A program made the translations under genes and the position numbers. This document shows, piece after piece, positions 62,223 to 64,000 of a stretch of DNA of 64,000 nucleotides. The first letter of the stretch is position 1. Every line of letters begins with the position of its first letter. The DNA lies in the NCBI GenBank assembly GCA_002633005.1, contig NMRA01000017.1:1611475-1675474 (forward strand). The letters are read 5' to 3'. The notes beneath the pieces are model-generated. The model worked only from the letters and a program-made list of their open reading frames with translations, was not told the DNA's origin and searched no databases. The DNA is from Phoronis australis (taxonomy: Eukaryota; Animalia; Phoronida).

Positions 62223-62312
62223 GCAATCTTGTTTACTACAGAGATCATCAAAACATGTGTGGATGCACCGGATGGGTTGGTCGCTGACTCAGCTGACAGC
62301 CAAAACAAGTTT
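62223..62312 (-). CDS. Possible upstream exon (NLFWLSAESATNPSGASTHVLMISVVNKI)
   Basis: Good acceptor gtttttgtttatag, one open frame, weak donor gtaatg; phase-compatible with the 55573 exon but no homology evidence. Confidence 0.25.
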
Positions 62313-62357
62313 CTATAAACAAAAACAATTGTCTAGCAAAGAAATAATATCAATAAG

Positions 62358-63016
62358 NNNNNNNNNNNNNNNNNNNNNNNNNNNNNNNNNNNNNNNNNNN
62401 NNNNNNNNNNNNNNNNNNNNNNNNNNNNNNNNNNNNNNNNNNNNNNNNNNNNNNNNNNNNNNNNNNNNNNNNNNNNNNNNNNNNNNNNNNNNNNNNNNNN
62501 NNNNNNNNNNNNNNNNNNNNNNNNNNNNNNNNNNNNNNNNNNNNNNNNNNNNNNNNNNNNNNNNNNNNNNNNNNNNNNNNNNNNNNNNNNNNNNNNNNNN
62601 NNNNNNNNNNNNNNNNNNNNNNNNNNNNNNNNNNNNNNNNNNNNNNNNNNNNNNNNNNNNNNNNNNNNNNNNNNNNNNNNNNNNNNNNNNNNNNNNNNNN
62701 NNNNNNNNNNNNNNNNNNNNNNNNNNNNNNNNNNNNNNNNNNNNNNNNNNNNNNNNNNNNNNNNNNNNNNNNNNNNNNNNNNNNNNNNNNNNNNNNNNNN
62801 NNNNNNNNNNNNNNNNNNNNNNNNNNNNNNNNNNNNNNNNNNNNNNNNNNNNNNNNNNNNNNNNNNNNNNNNNNNNNNNNNNNNNNNNNNNNNNNNNNNN
62901 NNNNNNNNNNNNNNNNNNNNNNNNNNNNNNNNNNNNNNNNNNNNNNNNNNNNNNNNNNNNNNNNNNNNNNNNNNNNNNNNNNNNNNNNNNNNNNNNNNNN
63001 NNNNNNNNNNNNNNNN
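62358..63016. other. Assembly gap
   Basis: N run. Confidence 1.
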
Positions 63017-63918
63017 CCATGGAAGAGTCCCCTTCCATGCTGGCAGAAATCTCTCGGGACAGTGCCGTAAGAAGGTCGTTCAGCATCCAGGTAGTTTGAC
63101 CATGATCTCTACAAATCTGTGTTTTCACACCTCCAGGGATTTTCTCAAATATAATGGGCACCAAGAGGTCACCATAGGAGTCTTCTGTTTTACCCAGGGT
63201 CCTCAGCCCCCGGATGTAGGTCTCAAGGGTGTCACGAAAGTGGCGTAGGCTGGCACTAGTTGGTTGTGGGGGTTTGATTTCCCACAGAGCTTTCATATAA
63301 GCATTGACCAATAGAGTGGATTTTCCATACCTGTCAGCAAGCAGGTCCATGGCTTCTATGTAACTGGCGTTCGTCAGTGGGAGGCCAGCGATGGCATTGG
63401 CGGCGTCGCCGGCGATGTGGGCACGCAGGTACTGTAACTTTTGGACTGGTTCTAGTCCAGAATCGGAGTCGACCGCAGCACAAAATGAGTCAGAAAACGA
63501 CAGCCACTGGAGTGGGTCTCCAGAGAAGATAGGCAGTTGTAGCTTGGGTAGGTGTACCGTCCGAGGCGAGTGGCTAGCAGGTGACTTGGTGGCGGTTGGG
63601 CTTGGTGAGGGTGTCTTCGCTTGGTCAATAAATCTAGTCGTGTCGAAAATGGTCTCCAGCACAGTGGACATGTACGCATCGGTACTGATGACTTCGTCCT
63701 CGATGGCATCCTCGCCATCAAGCAGGGTGATAATGCTGGCATCGAGCATTTCCAGCTGAGTTCTCTTGGCGTGAATCTGGTTGAGAACTTTCTCCAGGGC
63801 GGGAACAGGGTCCGATGGAGTCGCAGTCATGAAGTGGGTGGCACGATCGATAAGCTTCGTCATGAGTCCTCTGTGCGCACCGCGAACTTTCTTCTGTTTG
63901 GCCAGTTGTGGTTCCATC
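63017..63918 (-). CDS. BEL/Pao LTR retrotransposon Gag (DUF1759-like), runs into gap
   Basis: VHLPKLQLPIFSGDPLQWLSFSDSF; QKLQYLR; NASYIEAMDLLADRYG; IRGLRTLG; no stops over ~300 aa. Confidence 0.93.
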
Positions 63919-63926
63919 TTCGCACA

Positions 63927-64000
63927 GGTCACGGCACCAAACAATGTAGTAGAATAGTGGAGAATAACTCGACTTAGTAGCAGCGTTGTGTTGTGTTGTG
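63927..64000 (-). mobile_element. BEL/Pao 5' LTR end and primer-binding site
   Basis: Minus strand ...tactaca ttgtt TGGTGCCGTGACC (complement of the tRNA-His-type 3' end). Confidence 0.85.

Noticed and set aside
63391-63977. Plus-strand ORFs over gag
   Set aside because: Antisense shadows of the GC-richer Gag ORF

Overview
AT-rich, repeat-dense animal (probably marine invertebrate) genomic DNA with three assembly gaps. I can read one host gene: a minus-strand gene from which I reconstructed 15 phase-consistent GT-AG exons between 55573 and 10566 (1907 nt, about 635 aa, incomplete at both ends). It encodes a protein resembling the vitellogenin/MTP/apolipophorin (large lipid transfer, LLT) module, with three R-X-[K/R]-R furin-type sites. 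Its introns are filled with transposon relics: many Helentron-associated (HINE/DINE-1-like) elements whose internal tandem arrays carry CTCF-consensus-like motifs every ~140-165 bp, an L1/Tx1 RT fragment, CR1/L2 3' ends, an RNase H-containing LINE, Penelope fragments, and Tc1/mariner, Harbinger, hAT, Kolobok (THAP), Crypton-like and TA-flanked TIR elements. A BEL/Pao LTR element lies at the right end. There is no prokaryotic-type system. The most notable observations are the unusual LLT gene, the CTCF-like motif arrays and an apparent LINE-mediated 3' transduction whose source and empty site are both visible. All calls were made by eye; no database searches were run.
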